A program made the translations under genes and the position numbers. From Eledone cirrhosa (taxonomy: Eukaryota), in NCBI GenBank assembly GCA_964016885.1, contig OZ024755.1, forward strand, positions 39,804,001 through 39,868,000: 64,000 bases of DNA, in the 5' to 3' direction. Shown here in pieces: positions 57,233-64,000 of this stretch (positions are counted from its first letter, which is position 1; the number at the start of each line of letters is the position of its first letter). Under the pieces are notes generated by a model. The model was not told where the DNA came from, did no database searches, and saw only the letters and a list, made by a program, of their open reading frames with translations.

Positions 57233-59175
57233 TATAATATATGTATATATATTATATATTATGTCAATATATGTATATATTTTATATATTATGTCAATAT
57301 ATGTATATATATTATATATTATGTCAATATATGTATATATTTTATATATTATGTCAATATATGTATATATTTTTCGGACGCCATGCTTTCCAGCATGGTT
57401 ACGTCCCTATTTGATCTGAGTTCAAATCCCGCCGAGGTTGACTTTGCCTTTCATCCTTACGGGGTCGATAAAATAAAGTACCAGCAATGCACTGGGTAAT
57501 TGCTAGCCTTGTGCCTAAAGTAGAAACAATTATTTCAATATATGTATATATATTATATATTATGTCAATATATGTATATATTTTATATATTATGTCAATG
57601 TATGTATATATTTTATATATTATGTCAATATATGTATATATATTTTATATTATGTCAATATATGTATATGTATTATATATTATGTCAATATATGTATATA
57701 TATAATATATTATGTCAATATATGTATATATATTATATAGTATGTCAATATATGTATATATTTTATATATTATGTCAATATATGTATATATTTTATATAT
57801 TATGTCAATATATGTATATATATTATATATTATGTCAATATATGTATATATATTATATATTATGTCAATATATGTATATATTTTATATATTATGTAAATA
57901 TATGTATATATATTATATATTATGTCAATATATGTATATATTTTATATATTATGTCAATATATGTATATATTTTATATATTATGTCAATATATGTATATA
58001 TATTATATATTATGTCAATATATGTATATATATTATATATTATGTCAATATATGTATATATATTATATATTATGTCAATATATGTTTATATATTATATAT
58101 TATGTCAATATATGTATATATATTATATATTATGTCAATATATGTATATATATTATATATTATGTCAATATATGTATATATATTATATATTATGTCAATA
58201 TATGTATATATTTTATATATTATGTCAATATATGTATATATATTATATATTATGTCAATATATGTATATATTTTATATATTATGTCAGTATATGTATATA
58301 TATTATATATTATGTCAATATATTTATATGTATCATATATTATATCAATATATCTATATATTTTATATATTTTGTCAATATATGTATATATATTATATAG
58401 TATGTCAATATATGTATATATATTATATATTATGTCAATATATGTATATATATATTATATATTATGTCAATATATGTATATATATTATATATTATGTCAA
58501 TATATGTATATATATTATATATTATGTCAATATATGTATATATATTATATATTATGTCAATATATGTATATATATTATATATTATGTCAATATATGTATA
58601 TATTTTATATATTATGTCAATATATGTATATATATTATATATTATGTCAAAATATGTATATATTTTATATATTATGTCAATATATGTATATATATTATAT
58701 ATTATGTCAATATATGTATATATATATTATATATTATGTCAATATATGTATATATATTATATATTATGTCAATATATCTATATACATTTTATATTATGTC
58801 AATATATGTATATATTTTATATATTATGTCAATATATGTATATATATTATATATCATGTCAATATATGTATATATATTATATATTATGTCAATATATGTA
58901 TATATTTTATATATTATGTCAATATATGTATATATTTTATATATTATGTCAATATATGTAAATATATTATATATTATGTCAATATATGTATATATATTAT
59001 ATATTATGTCAATATATGTATATATTTTATATATTATGTCAATATATGTATATATATTATATATTATGTCAATATATTTATATATATTATATATTATGTC
59101 AATATATGTATATATTTTATATATTATGTCAATATATGTATATATATTATATATTATGTCAATATATTTATATGT
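57233..59175. repeat. 30-bp AT-rich minisatellite (TATGTCAATATATGTATATATATTATATAT) interrupted by a SINE
   Basis: 30-bp periodicity is evident from the line-aligned sequence. Confidence 0.97.
57374..57533 (+). mobile_element. 5'-truncated SINE (family A)
   Basis: B-box and body match the 42741 copy. Confidence 0.92.
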
Positions 59176-59686
59176 AGTTAAAAGAATAGAGGTATAACAC
59201 ACAAGTTATTATATATTGGTAAAGGGAATAGAAAATGCTGACAAATTGTTCACAGTGAAAAATAGTTTAATTAGGAATAAATGACAATTAGTGATTGTAT
59301 TGGTTAGTAATGAGTTTTGGTTTTATGTTCTACCGGTTGCGCATTTCTAAATGCTTTTCAAAAACAATTTTGAGATAGAGCGTCCGTGATGTTTGCTCTG
59401 ATCTGATTAGTTTTGGGAATTCTACCTGTTTTTATGTTAAACAAGTGGCCCCAGCGCTATTAAAATTGGTTTTTTGCGCCAATTTGTGTTGCAAAAATTC
59501 TTGTGGTCAAAACAATTTTGATTGGTCGGTAGAGGTCATGTGAATGTAAAAAAATGATTTTGCACCAAGACTGACAAATGACTCTTTCACAACAAATATG
59601 TATATATATATATACACACATACTTACATTTCAGTAAGTGCCGTAGTAAGAGTGGGAAATGAAATTTCGTTTTCATTTTATTTCAA

Positions 59687-64000
<4,314 letters not shown>

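Noticed and set aside
55699-59202. Poly-F/S, HT-rich and YIL-rich ORFs
   Set aside because: These are translations of (GAA)n, CA-rich and 30-bp AT-rich repeats.

Overview
This is eukaryotic, repeat-saturated non-coding DNA, and I recognise no host gene or prokaryotic feature in it. The SINE families and the density of (TA)n/(CA)n suggest a coleoid cephalopod, probably an octopod; this is inference from recalled sequence, not a search. Nearly all listed ORFs are artefacts of tandem repeats. Satellites include a 14.2-kb 39-bp array with 1717+2536-bp higher-order structure, a 7.6-kb G-rich 17/19-bp array and several minisatellites. Mobile elements include a decayed Buster/Charlie-type hAT transposon and a hAT MITE, two short Helitron-like elements, many tRNA-derived SINEs, fragments of RTE, CR1-like, R4/Dong and Tx1 LINEs, and a Penelope-like (GIY-YIG) element. 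The most notable signal is invisible in the ORF track: a cluster of type I hammerhead-ribozyme folds in Penelope-type terminal repeats embedded in (TA)n (21.1 kb and 43-50 kb). One has a ~115-nt stem II and is present twice, in a 339-bp near-perfect inverted repeat around a non-coding 3.2-kb core. Another has all three stems but lacks CUGANGA. There is also a tandem pair of bipartite non-autonomous RTE retroposons with a partial HDV-like fold, and a twin-priming-type inverted RTE fragment. All folds were read by eye and are unverified.
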